From the NCBI RefSeq assembly GCF_006345805.1, contig NC_042997.1:18910001-18974000 (forward strand): a stretch of DNA of 64,000 nt, in the 5' to 3' direction. A program made the translations under genes and the position numbers. This document shows positions 39,227 to 54,060 of this stretch, piece by piece. This DNA is from Octopus sinensis (lineage: Eukaryota). The notes under the pieces were generated by a model that worked only from the letters and a program-made list of their open reading frames with translations, searched no databases and was not told where the DNA came from. The stretch's first letter is position 1. Each line of letters starts with the position of its first letter.

Positions 39227-42200
39227 TATGTTTCAGCTCATACCCTACTATTGTAAACAAGCAAAGAATACATTACAAATAGTGTAATGAAGACTAATGC
39301 ACTTCAAAAATATACGAGATGATAATAGTGAGAATACATTTGATCATAAATCTATTTGCTCAGAGTTGACTTGAGGCTAAGCAACAAAAAACTGCTTAGT
39401 GTATATCATTATGTCTTCATTGTTAATATGCATTAGAGCTGAGGGCAATGTGTAGATTATAAAATGCTGGTCTCATTGAGGATCAATTTGACCAAGATGT
39501 ATTCTACATCAAGTTAAAGGTAAAATGGCTTTTTAGTGTCCAACACTACCAATCATGCTTGACAATCATTATTCATTGTCATCTTTACAATAAGGTAAGG
39601 GACTCATACTTCTTCACATTGTATTTAACAGCCAATCAAGAAAAAGTGCTTTGATGACTTAAAGAGAATATTTATAACTTTCTCATCTGAGTTTGATAAA
39701 ATAATCTTATGAGAATAGCCTGATAAACTCCATTAACAATGCTATCAAACTATTTTAATTATTTGGAATGAGATATGTTAAACATCAACATGATTATAAA
39801 GTGGTTCTTCAAAATTTAAAACACAACAGACTTGTGGCCTTAGGCATCTAATGCTCAAGCAGTTTGAATTACTGTGAAATAAGTTTCCATGGCATTTTTA
39901 ATGAAGGATGACTTATGTTTAATTCTAGATCAACTCTGGCTGAACATACTTAAAATCAAAGCATTCTGTGAATATACTATATATTTATTAAAAGTTTATT
40001 GGACCTTTGTGTTAACAGTAGAGTGTGATTCAAGGGATAATTAACTGTGATTTTTAGTAGAATAGATGACTATGTAGAGTCTTCCTCGTTGTCTTGAGGT
40101 TAAAAGTATTTATATGGTTACCAAATACAAAATATATTATGTAGAAGAAGAAGAAGAATGTAAGGATTATTTTTATAAGCCTGTATTTAGAAGTCATATA
40201 AATGAAAGTAGATATGTATAAATTTTATATTGTTATTCTCTATAAGTAGGTTAACACTGTTTTCTTTCTTTTATGAGAATCCTACTAACTTTCTACTTAA
40301 TATAAATGTGTATACATCTCTGCATGTACTTGTTATAACTATTCTTAAACATTCCTTAGAATTTCTATCAATCACCAAGTTTACTGGCTCAAGAGGAAAT
40401 GAAATTCCTTTGATTTGATATTTCATGAAAATCTTCCATAATAATAAAAGCCATTCACAGAAAAATTACATTAAATTTATAACACAGATAATATATACTT
40501 AATAGAAAATCAAAAGTACTAATAATTCATGATTCAATGACAATATTGAAAAAAATATAGAAAATTGCAAAAAATAAGTTTAGTTTACTGCATTTTTTTT
40601 AAAGTCCCTGTATTTTTTTAAAGTCCCATAATCTTGGTCACAAGATTATAAGAAAGTTTTCAGTGTTAATAATATATATTCATATACAATTTAATTTACT
40701 CAATAACCAACCAAAGATATCAAAGAAATATATATTATTTTTGGTTAATCATACAACAGAAAGTTATCAAGCCAACACCATACTGTTGAAGCTCTAATGT
40801 AGCTGAAATTTATCAATTCATGACCACCTCCCTTTTGATCCCTCAGAGACTTTTTCTGCAATATCTATCAAGTGTTTTAATTGGATTCTGCTCCAATATT
40901 GAATGATTCAAGCAGTTTAGCTTAGCTCACTATTTTTGACATAAGTGTTGGAATCAATTACTTAGTCTCTAGGGATTATCCCTTAAAATTTCTTATCATT
41001 TATTCAGAGATAGTCTCAGTAGCATTCTTCTACAATCCACCAAAACATTTTGTGGCATTGGCTATTTCTATAAGTATACACATTTCAATTTATCATACTT
41101 TATCTTCATCTCAAGACTCTATGGCTCAGCCAAGCATATATATTCATGTCAGAGTGTGAATTTCAGGCCAGACCAATAATCTTCTGACACCTACATGAAG
41201 CATATTATTGAACAGTCATACATATTTATTTCCTGACGATCCCCAAAGGAAGAAATAATATTCTGAAAGAATAATATTATAAAGAAGAATGCAAGGACTT
41301 TCAGTTCACTTGATGATTGAAAAGGAAGACATTTTTACTGTCATCTGATATCAACAATGAAGGAACAAACCCCATTGTATGGAGACAAACAGAGGGTGTA
41401 TAATTTCCAGAATATATTTATTCATTTGCAATTTAAATACTGTAACGTCTGTGGAAGAAATGTAACACCAGCAATCATTTAAGTTTGCAAATTTCCTAAT
41501 TATCAAAGTTCATGCAAAACAAAAGCTCTTTTATAACTAACATAATGTTAACAGTCAAGCTTAGAAACATGTATAGGAGTGTGTCTGTATATGGGTTGTA
41601 CATGCTGGTGGATGTTGCCATTGAGAAGTCAGAATTCAGACGCATTGGCTCCAAAGTTATGAGGTATTGTATTTTGAACCTAGGCATAGTTGAATAAAAC
41701 ATTTGAATAAGTAATTCTTGTTAAAAATGGAACAAGCTCCCACAGTTCCTATCTGGGAATTGTGTTGACTGTTTTATAGCACTGATCAAAGTCAGGGAAG
41801 AGTTGGTATTTACCACGGAGCACAATACAATTAAAAAATACCAATTTACAGAAAATATAATTCTATGTTGTAGTGGTTTATATGGTTGTGTGTGTGTTTG
41901 TAACAGTAAGTTGTTTCATAAATATATCAATAAAAACATCCTTCCACTTTCAGTGAGTTTGATGTTGTTACAAGGATTATAACAACAGTATTATATTTAT
42001 AAATAATGAAATACAACTCACATTGTGTACATTATTAATATACATATGAATAAAACAAGCTTTCCACATTCAGTGAGTTTTGTGTTAATATAAATAATAA
42101 AACACACATAATCAGCAAGTTGTGTTATAATAAGTGTATTGTTTAACTATAGTTTAGGCACAGTATGGCAAAATGCAGTTTCACCATGATGCATCTTGAG

Positions 42201-42567
42201 CAAGTGTTGTCTTAGATTGTCCAAGTCCTAGTGAAGGAAACTGTATAGAAGCCTGATTGATTAATTGTGCTTGTAATTCAAAGATACAACCGTGTTTTAC
42301 TGTATCATGATGCCCCTGTCTAAGAATTAAATGTATCTGTGAAATGTTCAATTGATCAAGCAACTGCAAATTCATGGTCAAATATTCTGATCCCAATCCA
42401 ATTTTTGCTGACTATAATTATAAAGCAATAATACGATGGTTAACAGTACATTAATAATAATTGTTCTTTTTAAATGAGTGATAGAACAACCTTCCATAAT
42501 CTGTGAATCAGCAAAGTCCTCTCTATCAAAATTATAACTGTAGAGGGAATTGCTATTTATTATTTAT

Positions 42568-42785
42568 CTAAGGTGGTGAACTGATAGAATTATTTCCATA
42601 CCAGACAAAACGCTTAGTGACATTTCTTCCAGTTCTTTATGTCTCTGAGTTCAAATATCACCAAAGTTGACCTTACCTTCCAGCCTCTTGGGGGTTAATA
42701 AAATAAGTACCAATTGAACCCTGTGGTCGATGTAAACTACTTCCTCCTCTCCTTAAAATTACTAGTCTTGTGCCAAAACTAAAAA
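42568..42785 (+). mobile_element. SINE family 2
   Basis: ctgagttcaaat..ccaaagttgaccttaccttcc...ggggttaataaaataagtacca. Confidence 0.7.
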
Positions 42786-45700
42786 GAATTATTTATCTAG
42801 CTAATTCTTGTTTTGGAACATACTAACAAAAAAATCAGAATTTCATAAAGAAAAGAAGTCAACATGATCAAAATTCCAAAATTTGTTGTCATCTCTATGA
42901 CAACAAATTTGAATAAATCCTACATTTTCCAACTTCATTTCCTTTTAAATGAATTTTTATTGTGGTAAATCGTTCCATTTGTATTTTTCAAATGCAGTTT
43001 TGTTTTCTACTCCTTAACTGATATGGGTTACAGGTGCAGGCATGTCTCTGAGGTTAAGAATTTGCTTCCCAGCCACATTGTTTTGGAGTCTCACTGGGGT
43101 GCACCTTGGACAAATGTCTTCTACTTCAGCCCAAGGTTAACAAAAACCATATGAGTGAGTCTGGCAGATGTAAACTGAAAAATGCCCATTTTATTTTTAT
43201 ATGTGTATATTAGCATGGGTGTATGCATGTGTGTTTGTGTCTCTTTGTCTTGACATCTTGTGTAAGTAGTGAATGGGCATCTTTGTCATAGGTGAGGGTT
43301 TGTGACAGGAGAGGTATCTTGCTTTAGAAAATCTGCCTTAACAAATACCATCTGACCTATGCAAGCATAGAAAAATGGACATTAGGACAATGATGATGAT
43401 GGTGGTGGTGATGATGATGATGAGGAGGAGGAGAAGGAAGAGGGGGGGACATCTGCAATGATAGGAAACTATATCCCTCAACCAATTGTAATTAATGATG
43501 AGACAGTTAAAAAAACAAGCAAACTACAGTGCTACATCAGACCTTATAGAATTTGGCTCCTGCACTGGAATATTATTTAGAGAGGCACCAGTCATTTGTC
43601 AGGTTTATGAAGCTGTAAAGCAGGGAACATAAATGTTTCCAAAGGAATACCCAATAAATGATTTTGGTCAATATTTCAGTGTTTAAAAAAAAATTAACTC
43701 AAAAATAGTGAAGAATATTTACTTGTCTGGATTATTTAAAGCCACAACAAAAATGTATTTTCCTATTTTCTAAACTGCTGTCGATTAATCTACATCACAT
43801 TAGTTTGCTCTTCCAATTATTTCAGCAGTAAAACATGAGTAGAGAAGACTTTCAGAAAAGTTAAAGTAGCATGAAAGCAGTGTTTATATCTCAAGCTTTC
43901 TTATCTGAACCGAAGAAACTTGGATATAAATAGCACATAAACTGTCTGTTGATATTCTTTTGATTCAAAGCATTTGAAATAGAAAAATGTTTGGAAGAAA
44001 ATAGGGAGTACTAGATGCCATGTCCTTCATGGACAATGAAGACTAGTTTTATGGTAGTAAAAGTTGGATTGTATTAAGAGATAATGGAAATTTCTTGGGG
44101 ATTTTTTAACAGATTAGTCATTATAGTAGCATTATGAATGATCACATGAACCAAGTTACAGTTTCTCAAAAAAAAAAAAAAAGAAATGCTTTCAATCTCA
44201 TTATTTATCACCTGGTAAACAAAATGAGCTTGTTAATTGTCAAGTCAATCAAACTAGCACATCTGTACTTACAGAATGTGAATATACAAAATATTACAAT
44301 ATTATCTGGATTTACTTCGTGATACATCAAAGAAAACAAGCTGCAATTGTCATTACAGCATGTTTACCTTAACAGAACTGCTAGCCTATACAAAGTTAAA
44401 AAAAAAATGAATTCATGATTTTGTTGAATGTAACCAAATGCGATATTATAACCAAGTTATTTCTTTACAGTCTAAAAACAAAGATGATATTCTATTCAAT
44501 GTCTAACATAGTCAAATGTCTGTTCAGTAGAACAATAGTAAATTCTAAGCCAGTCTAATCTATTGATTGTATTTCTTTAAGGTACCTGTCACAGTACCAA
44601 CTTATTGTTACAATAGTTATACATTTTTGGGATGAGTTCAAAATCTCTACAAGATATTTAATAGTAATCCCCAATGATGACAAATTCTAACAATTGTTTC
44701 ACTGCATGAAACCTCTATTACTCATTGGTTGGCAAGTATTGAAAATATTGAGCCCTTTTAAGATCATGCTCTAGCCCTACAGTAAACAATTATGTCCTTG
44801 TTTATTGTGAATCTAACTCCAGAACCAATGTCAAACATAAAAGGCATTCAAATCTATTTTAATTCTTTCATATGTATTACAATAGCATTAATTTGAATCA
44901 AAATTTATGGAAAATTCATTGTAGTAGTATTGGTTTTCAAGCCGGGAATACTACAATTAGGCAGTAGTAAATAACTTGAAATCCTTATTTGGCTGGTAAA
45001 AGTCTTTTGGACGAAAATGGAACAGTTTTCTTAGTGAAGTTGAAATTTTGAGTAAAAATATGAAAAATTAAATGAATTTTCTAACTAGAAGAGGATGCAA
45101 AGTTATGAATATAGTTATTCTAGCACTGGTCATTTCAAACATTTCAATCAAATATTTGAAATATTTCAACACTGCATCTTATTCATTTAGATTCATTTGG
45201 AAATAGAATATTATCAAATTGAGCTCAATGCTAGCTGTGTAAAATATATAATACTGATAGATCGATTGATATGAAATATGAAATATTCCACTTAAAACCA
45301 ATACATGAATTGAATATTTTTCTTCAACCCCAATTCCACTAATTGAATTATAAAATAAATTTGCACAGCTCTGTCCTCTAATGTAGTTATGGCACTTCAG
45401 ATTTTTTTGTTGTTTTATTAGTCACAGTTGCACTGTTTGAAAAGTATTCCAGTGGTTTTACCCTATATAAAGAATATTATGATTTCAACCATATTCCAAG
45501 TCAAACTATCTAAGTTTGGGATCATAGCAGTCAAATAATTTCTTATACTTGAATTTAATTACGACTTTCTAATTGATATCTTTGTGAGTGGTAAACCTGA
45601 AAAAGGTGCCCTGAAATTAATATTGGTTTCAAATTTTGGCACAAGGCAGACATTTCAGGGGAGAGGGTAAATTAATTACCTGAACCCCCAGTGCTCAAAT

Positions 45701-46285
45701 AGTACTTATTTTATCAACCCCAAAACATAAAAGGCAAAGTTGACCTGAGCAGAATATGCCCCGACATTAATTTTAAATGTATAATATTTTTGATTTAGTA
45801 AAATAAATTTGTTTTTACAATGCTTCAACTTCCTGATACGGTATTATTTTTTACATGTATTACCAGAAAGTCCGGTTTGGCTATCTATGCTGTATTCTTT
45901 TGTAAGAAAAGAAATCTCTAAGCAAAAATATCCAAAATATATATAATGAACTAGATCATATTGTTTAGAAAAGTGATTTTCAAGTAACCTACTGTCACTC
46001 TGGGGTTGTTAAAAGACACAGAGGTTAAAGATGATAGTAGAGTTCACAAGATATAAAGTTTAGTACATGTCATACACCCATCCATCACAGTGAGAAGTCA
46101 CTAAATACTGAAGCTGTTACTAGATAAAACCAGTATTATACTTTGGAAAGCTAGAAGCACAAGATCAATAAAAATTCATTAAGTAAACATTATTGTGGCA
46201 TTTTGAATCAATTTTGAAATTATTTTGCTCTTGGTTTATATTTTATTATAATAAAATGATAAATTATTCTGAAAAACATTTTAAA

Positions 46286-47215
46286 ACAAATGCACTCAGA
46301 GAGCACAATCCTCTGCCAATGTCCTTTCAATGATTAGCCAGAGATGATTTTTTAAATGAGAATATCTGAAATAAAAGCAACTGTTCTCACAAATGAGAAT
46401 ACTAAAATTAAACCCCACTGATATCAAAAATTAAGAAAACAGGGAAAAAAATCCAGAATCTTTGTCCAGTACCTGATCGATCCCAATAGTAGTCATGGAA
46501 TGTGAAGGTGGCAGTAGAAAATTTAATAACAGTAATAAATAGTTTATCCTTATCTAATACAAGCCAAAGTTAACAAATTCATCATTCAAAATAGTTACTG
46601 CCTAAAGGGAGATAATTGAGAAAGACTTGAAAGTTAACGTAAGATGATAATCATGTAAAGTAAGTAAATATAACAAATAATCTACAAATAATCTAAAATC
46701 CTTGTCCGGTATTGGATCAATCCCAAAATCTAATCACTTCGTACCAGTCACAAGGCCAAACATTCCTGAAAGTTTCATCCAAATCCATCCTGTGGTTCTT
46801 GAGATATCTTGTCCACAGACAAACACACAAGCAAAGAAACATGACTGAAAGCAATACCTCCACCTTCGCTAAGGTGGAGGTAACAAGAGCACTCAGAGAG
46901 TGCAAACCTCCACCAAGGCAACACCAATGTCCTCTCAATGATTAGCCAGAGATGATTTTTAAAACGAGAATATCTGAAATAAACTCGACTACTCTCACAA
47001 ACAAGAATACTAAAAATGAACCTGACCGCTCTTGAATAATACGTAAAAAAAAATAGGAAAAATAATCCAGAATCCTTGTCAGATACGGAATTGATTCCAA
47101 AATCTAACCAGTTTGTGCCAGTCATGAGGCCAAACATCTCGGAAAGTTTCATTTGAATCCATCCAGCAGTTCTTGAGATACTGTGTCCAAAATACAAACA
47201 AACATGACTGAAAAC
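46286..47215. mobile_element. Tandem partial and full copies of a hairpin-ended non-autonomous element (DINE-1/Helentron-like; class uncertain)
   Basis: 46286-46490 resembles 46885-47100, and 46690-46850 resembles 47060-47215. A 12-bp stem hairpin lies at the 46855-46882 junction. Confidence 0.6.
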
Positions 47216-47582
47216 ATGCTAAGGCAGAGTTAATAAGTGTTGAGAGTTTTGAAAACGAGCCTTCTATAAAAACGAGCAGTACTGAAAGGTTTTTAAAGTT
47301 TCTATACATTGCTACTTTTTTTTTATGTTTGATGATTTCCTATTGTGACCTCACATATGAAACATTGTTATATCTTATTTCTCAAAATCTGATTTCTTTT
47401 AAGAACCAGAAAATATTTCACACCAATCCTGCTACTAAGTTGAGAGTGAATTATATTCAAGAAGTGTTCATATGTATATAGAAGAGTGCTGATGCCACAC
47501 ACAAATATCTTAGCCCAATGAAGTAGTTTCCATATAGTTTGGAGTTTAAAAATATGCAAATCTTTCTCAAATCACTTACAAT

Positions 47583-47985
47583 AGGCATAGGAGTGGCCGT
47601 GTGGTAAGTAGCTTGCTTACCAACCACATGGTTCCAGGTTCAGTCCCACAGTGTATCACCTTGAGCAAGTGTCTTCTACTATAGCCTCAAGCTGACCAAA
47701 GCCTTGTGAGTGGATTTGGTAGACAGAAACTGAAAGAAGCTTGTCATATATATGTACATATATATATATATATGTATGTGTGTGTGCATGTGTTTGTCCC
47801 CCCAACATTACTTGACAACCGAGGCTGGTGTGTTTACGTCCCCGTAACTTAGCGGTTCGGCATAAGAGACCAATAGAATAAATACTAGGCTCACAAAGAT
47901 TAAGTCCTGAGGTCGATTTGCTCGACTAAAGGTGGTGATCCAGCATGGCCACAGTCACATGACTGAAACAAGTAAAAGAGAAAGA
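47583..47985 (+). mobile_element. tRNA-derived SINE family 1, full length
   Basis: Homologous to 6443-6842. Confidence 0.9.
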
Positions 47986-49120
47986 GAAAGAGAATAAGGA
48001 TATGTTGCAAAATGTAATCCTAATATCAGAAAAAAAAAAGACAAGATGGTCATTACTGGAATATCTTTGATCATAGATTTGCTTAAACAAGGCTGATATA
48101 GGATGGGTAATGTAAAGCATCATCATCATAATCTGTATCCAAACGACTGATAAGTTCATAAGACTGATTCTTCACAATACACAAACTAGTTATTTACCTA
48201 CAACCCTTGTACTAAGATCTGGCAAATTTAATTGTTCTTAATGCAGTCATCTTTATTCACTTCATCATTTGGATTGTGTGTTACCTCTCAGGTACCACAC
48301 TATACACTTTACTCACTTATTCCTTTTCAGGGACTAATTTCTAGAACACATTCCCCTCCACACTTTTTGTGCAAACGTGGATGTACAGATGCTTAAACTA
48401 ACACTAGCCACATTGATCCCAGTTGTCTGAAAAGGTCTTCTATGATTATAGGTACTACCCTTATCCTCTGACACTTATAAAATACATAATGCAGCACATT
48501 TCACTCTGTGAATATAAAAATATTTAAGGTAATAATATACCTTCCATTTCCCTTTTTTTTTTCTTCATCAATCATTAATGACACTTGTAGTAACGGTTTT
48601 TGTGAATTTTATGTATCAAATCTGATATAAATTCATCCATTTGAAATCTAGTTTGCTCTTATAGATCATAAATAATGTGTCATGAGCTTCCAGTTGATAT
48701 GTAGCAAAAGCAGAAATATGACAAAGAAATATTGTGAGAGGAATAAGATCCAATTTAAGAGATGTGGTATTTGCAGAATAATGAAACGTAGTAGACAAGA
48801 AAATGATTTGCGGATATATTCAGCTCTTACGATTATTGAAGAGTGCTAATAAAATGTTATAGGATTTTTATGAGTAATGATAATGAATAAAAGTAGTGAG
48901 CAGTAGTAGAAATCTGATCAGTAATATTATTGCTAAACATTAAAGTGATATAACAACAGAAACCACTTTGAAAACCAGTGTTTTTAAATGCAAATTCTGT
49001 GGATATCTGCATTCAGAGCTACATTAGTCTAGTGTAAACTTGAAATCGCTATGATATAGAGTATGAAATGATTTTAAAAGCCAAATAATCAAAATAATAA
49101 TAATAATGATAATAATAATA

Positions 49121-49160
<40 letters not shown>

Positions 49161-51209
49161 CATAGGAGTTTCACAATGTATTATTTCAAGAATATGTTGG
49201 AAAACTCAGTCAATAACATCATGTAACAACTTTCTTTTTTTCTTAATTTTACTAATGCATATATATTACTAAACATATATATCTTTAGAACTATGAAGCA
49301 AGTCAGATAATTAAATGATGATAAAATGTACTTAACAGAAAAAAAATGTAAAAAAAATGCTAAATCTATAGTATGTACACCAGATTTTTCCTGAGAGATC
49401 AAAATGTCTCATGCCATGAGAAAAAGAGTGGAAGCAAGATTTGTGGACATATTCCACCCATCTCAACTACTATGGCTTAATGTAGGATAGGCTTTACTAA
49501 CTACTGCTATTAGATTGAACACCAGGACACGTTTGATGTTATATTCTGGAGACTTCTGCATTCTGACAGAAAACAAAAATTCCCCATCTACATTACCATT
49601 ATTGGCAGAGACTCACAAAATGAAACTGAGGACCTACAAAAGCTAATGAGGGACACAGACTTCTGGCAGGGCCCAGTGAAGGCTATCTTAGTAGCAAGCT
49701 TAAAAAAATTAGGGAACATGTCTAAGATTAGACATAATAAAATTAAATGAAATCATAAATTGAACATTAAAACTGACTTGCCTGAAATAATAACTCATTA
49801 ATTTATATACTACAACAGATTTCTGTAATATAGTTTGGCAGTCAAAATTACAGTTTAGTTATAGTTATGTGTGAGATGGCATTTAGTGTTAATGGAACTT
49901 CAAGTATTCATCACTAGAATGGCAGGCAAAGAAAAGAACGAAGCATCTTTAGACATGAAAACATTTATATGAAATGACATGCAGTAACCTAGCAGATAAA
50001 GAACAATTCCCTTTTTTTATCAATATGAGAAAAGGATGAGACTATTGTCTGTAAATGAAAGAGAGAGACTAACAGCAATAGAAGGACATAGGTTGAGGTC
50101 ACAGATAATTCATAGCATAGGAAGAAAAGAATTCTCAGTGATTCCTTTCTGAATACATCCTGCAGGGTAGTGATAGATTTTATTCTTCTCCTCTGACAAT
50201 ATTGACACAAAAAATTAATAATTTCCTGCATCTGACACATAGCATGCATGCTGCTGAATTATCTTGGAGGAACACTTACAAATTGCTATTTTCCAATGTG
50301 ATTGCATCATTGAATTAGTAAAACTAGACAACATATTAACCCCAATAAAAATGTCTACATCTATAATGGAATCCATCAATGTATTATTATTATCATTACT
50401 ACCATCACTATTATTATTCTTCATGTTACTATAATCCATTCTCATTGTTCACAATATGTTGCCAAAATGACAATTATTTTTTTTCAAGTAAGATATAAAC
50501 CAATAAGTTAAGAATCATGCCTTTTATTTTTTCCCTGTGTTGTGTGTCATAATAAGTGAATGTACATGTGTGTGTGTGTATAGGTGTGTGTGTGTAGGTG
50601 TGTGTGTGTATGTGCATATGTGTGTGGGTATGGCTATATATATGTCATCATCATAATCATCATCATCATAATCATCTTCAGTGTTGTCATAATTTTGATG
50701 ATTTGGTTGGATGGTTTACAGAATCCAGTGTTGCAGAGGATCACATCTTGTTCAAAAGTCTCAGTTTGGGCATTGTTTCCACAGATGGATGCCTTTCCTA
50801 TCACCTGTTTCATTATAAAACGTACTAGCTGCTTTTTCAGGTGCTTTTAATGTGCTAATGGCACAAGTGAGCTTGCCTTGTAATTCATTGAAATAGAGAA
50901 TAAGACTTAAGGTATTAATATGCACACACACACACAGACACACACACACACACTTATGCAATGTGTGTGTGTATGTGCAATCTTTTATTCCTTTATTTGT
51001 GTCAGTTATCTGACTGCAGGTATGCTATAGCACTGCCTTGAAGGGTTTTAGTTGAACAAATTGACCCCAGAACTTATTTCTTAAGCCTTGTACTTATTTT
51101 ATTAGTCTCTTTTGCCGAATCACTAAGTTACAGGGTTGTAAACACAACAACATTGATTGACAAGCAGTGATAGGGGAACAAATGTAGACACAAAAACACA
51201 CACACATAT

Positions 51210-51244
<35 letters not shown>

Positions 51245-51264
51245 ATATATATACATACACAAAG

Positions 51265-51412
51265 GACTGGACAAAAATTCCTTTGGAAACAATTCAAACT
51301 TTGTATGAGTCCATACCTCATTGAATTCAAGCTGTAATTACTGCCAAAGGTAGTCCTACCGCATATTAAAATAGATTTGTTTGAAATTTTAAGGTGTCTC
51401 CATTATTTTGAA
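51265..51412 (+). mobile_element. Tc1/mariner transposase C-terminal remnant
   Basis: Reads DWTKIPLETIQTLYESIPH*IQAVITAKGSPTAY*, the typical Tc1 ending. Confidence 0.8.
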
Positions 51413-51439
51413 TGACAAATGAGGGTTCAATAAAATGAA

Positions 51440-51860
51440 GTGTTAATCATGTTCTATAGACATGAATATGTCTTGCCAGGCCTGAATGTGCCGGAACATG
51501 AATGTGCCTTGCAAACCTTTTGGCAAATGGAACAAGTTGAGGACTTAGTTTGCTCGAGTGCTTCTAGATCATTCATTGTGTGATTTCTTGAGTGGATGGC
51601 AAGGCCTGCTTTGCTTTGTGGCACAAAACCACATTTAGAGGAGAAGTGTTTTGCCAGCATGCCTTCATGCTTGCTCGAAGTTGGTCCTGATGTTGGTGTC
51701 AACTTCGCTCAAATCTTTGAACTGAGGAGAAGCAGGACTGGTGCCAGGTCCTGCATTCTGATGCTTTGTTCTCCCAGGAAGCAAAGGGAATGTTGCGTCA
51801 CTTCAGATAGTCTTTTATTTTGTCTTTGAAGTGCAAGAGTGGCCTTCCAACAAACCTTCT

Positions 51861-51862
<2 letters not shown>
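51440..51862 (-). mobile_element. RTE (BovB-like) ORF C-terminus with zinc-finger-like motifs
   Basis: Reads GRPLLHFKDKIKDYLK*RNIPFASWENKASECRTWHQ...RFE, then KCGFVPQSKAGLAIHSRNH and CSICQKVCK. Confidence 0.75.
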
Positions 51863-51892
<30 letters not shown>

Positions 51893-51921
51893 TGAATGTA
51901 TGTATGTATGTATGTATGTAT

Positions 51922-52475
51922 GTCAGGTCACTTTCGAGTGCTACTGGTAACATGTAACCTAGTACAACCTGTTGCATGGTCGGGTCGTCGGCGACTAAAC
52001 CGGCAACCCCACCAAGCAAGCTTGGTGGGGTTGCCGGTTTATTGGACACCCTGCGGGATGACAAACAAAACCCATCAAAGGGCGGAGGAACTCTTGAGAG
52101 TCAACAGTCATCCACTAAATGTCTTAAGGCTGTATCATGTGCGGAGACATAGAAATAATCAGTCTGAATACCCGATCGCGCGGTTAAACCATTGGGAGTG
52201 AAGGACTCCTAGCCTTTGTTTGGGCATCCTTCTAGGAGAAGGTAACTCAGGTAACTGGGATAACTCCGACATAAAACCTGCGGCTCAGTGGTTACCGATG
52301 ATGGTGACTTGTCTTCTTTTCGGATTATAACAGCTGTTGCTTAATGAGTGGGATTGACTCAGTGCACAGCCTTTCCCCACTTAAAAAAAAATCTTCTTGC
52401 ACAAGCATTGCACGATAACAACATTGATTAAGCTTCGTGCAATGGCCATACTCGATAACGAGGGGGCAGCCACCA
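51922..52475 (+). mobile_element. GC-rich module, probably an RTE-type 5' UTR, inserted in (TATG)n
   Basis: Bounded by (TATG)n on both sides. Contains gggcatccttctaggagaaggtaactc, resembling RTE 5' UTR motifs, and a perfect 21-bp hairpin. Confidence 0.55.
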
Positions 52476-53056
52476 TACATGTATGTATGTATGTATGTAT
52501 GTATGTATGTATGTATGTATGTGTGAATATCTCACTTATTAATGAGTATATGATCAGAATTGCTTTGAATTATCAATTTTAATCATTTCAACGTACAAAA
52601 TAACACAAACATATATTATGGGTTCCCGGACACTTTAAGCAATTGTTGAAATGTTTTAGCTGGTCACTTTCTATACCAGCTCCATTAGATGACCGGAGAC
52701 ACAGTAAAAGGAATTTAATTTCTACATACTCAAAGAAGGATATATGTGTGTTTTTGCATTTGCTTGCTGGTGTTTGTCCCTTGGTATCTTTAAACTGTTG
52801 CTTTTGAGTAGTGACTTGCAGTGTTGTGTTTTTTATGCCCCCAATTAAGTTATATGTCCAGCAGTTTATGGTTTTGCTGTGTGGAATATATTACTTTACT
52901 TGGAAACAAATATCATCTGGTTACAACATCTCACCCCAACATGGAAAGGTGATGTAAAAAACAATGAAGAGGATAGCGTTATAAATATATGCATACATAA
53001 ACATATATACATATACATACATAAATATATATATATATGATGATGATGATGATGTA

Positions 53057-53090
<34 letters not shown>

Positions 53091-53799
53091 CATACACACA
53101 TATATGTATAATGCACATACAGATCCTTTGTACATAAAAGATGTAAGTAAACGTAAAAGTGAAATATTCCTAAATCGAAGTACATGCCTGTCAACTTCCC
53201 AACACTGATATATAGGGAGATAAGCATTTCTTAGGGTTTAATGTACGTATTGTGCGTCATTATCTCTGTTAGAAACAATTTATCAGTGTCCTCATAGGTA
53301 TAGAATATCTATTTAAATGTCCATTTCCTAAATACCCTCTTTCGATGCCCTATAAAAAAATTTGCCTACATATTACTTTCATTTCTTTTCCCTTGTTTTG
53401 ATATTTCAAATGCTTATTATTTGGGGGAGTATTCACAAAATATTTTATCAGTAAAAAATATTTTTAGAAATTCAAAGTGTCTTTTTTTTTTTACCTCTTT
53501 TACCATTATTATTCATGATGTGCATGAATGTTTTGCATTTAGAATTAATGTCTTTGATACCAGGTCACAACCAGTTTCTTTGATAATGAGGGTCTTTTTT
53601 ACAGACCTTGATCTTCCCAATAGATCAATATTATCCTCCTCATCATCATATTGATCAAAGTTGTTGTCGTCATCATTGTAATTATTATTATTGTTATTAT
53701 TATTATTATTATTATTAAAATTATTGTTATTATTAATTTTATTAAAATTATGTTGTTATTATTATTATTATTTTTATTATTACTATTATTGTTATCAAT

Positions 53800-54060
53800 A
53801 AATTCCACTGAGGTCGACGCTACCTTTCAGCCTTTTGGGGTCAATAAATTAAGAACCAGTTGAATACTGGGGTCGATACAATCGACACATCCCTTAACCA
53901 AAAGTAGCTGCCCTTGTGGCAAAAGCTGAAACCATTATTATTATTAAGGCAGCATGTTGACTGAATCGTTAATACATCAGACAAAATGCTTAGTGACATT
54001 TCTTTATGTTCTGAGTTCAAATCTCACCAGCATCAGTTTTACCTTTCATCTCTTTGGGTC
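53800..54060 (+). mobile_element. SINE family 2, two partial copies
   Basis: gaggtcgacgctacctttcagccttttggggtcaataaattaag, then ctgagttcaaatctcacc. Confidence 0.7.

Noticed and set aside
41512-41697. Overlapping 61-aa (+) and 68-aa (-) ORFs with a gag|gtattg donor
   Set aside because: Both strands are open in register, no domain is recognisable, and this is not distinguishable from chance in AT-rich DNA.
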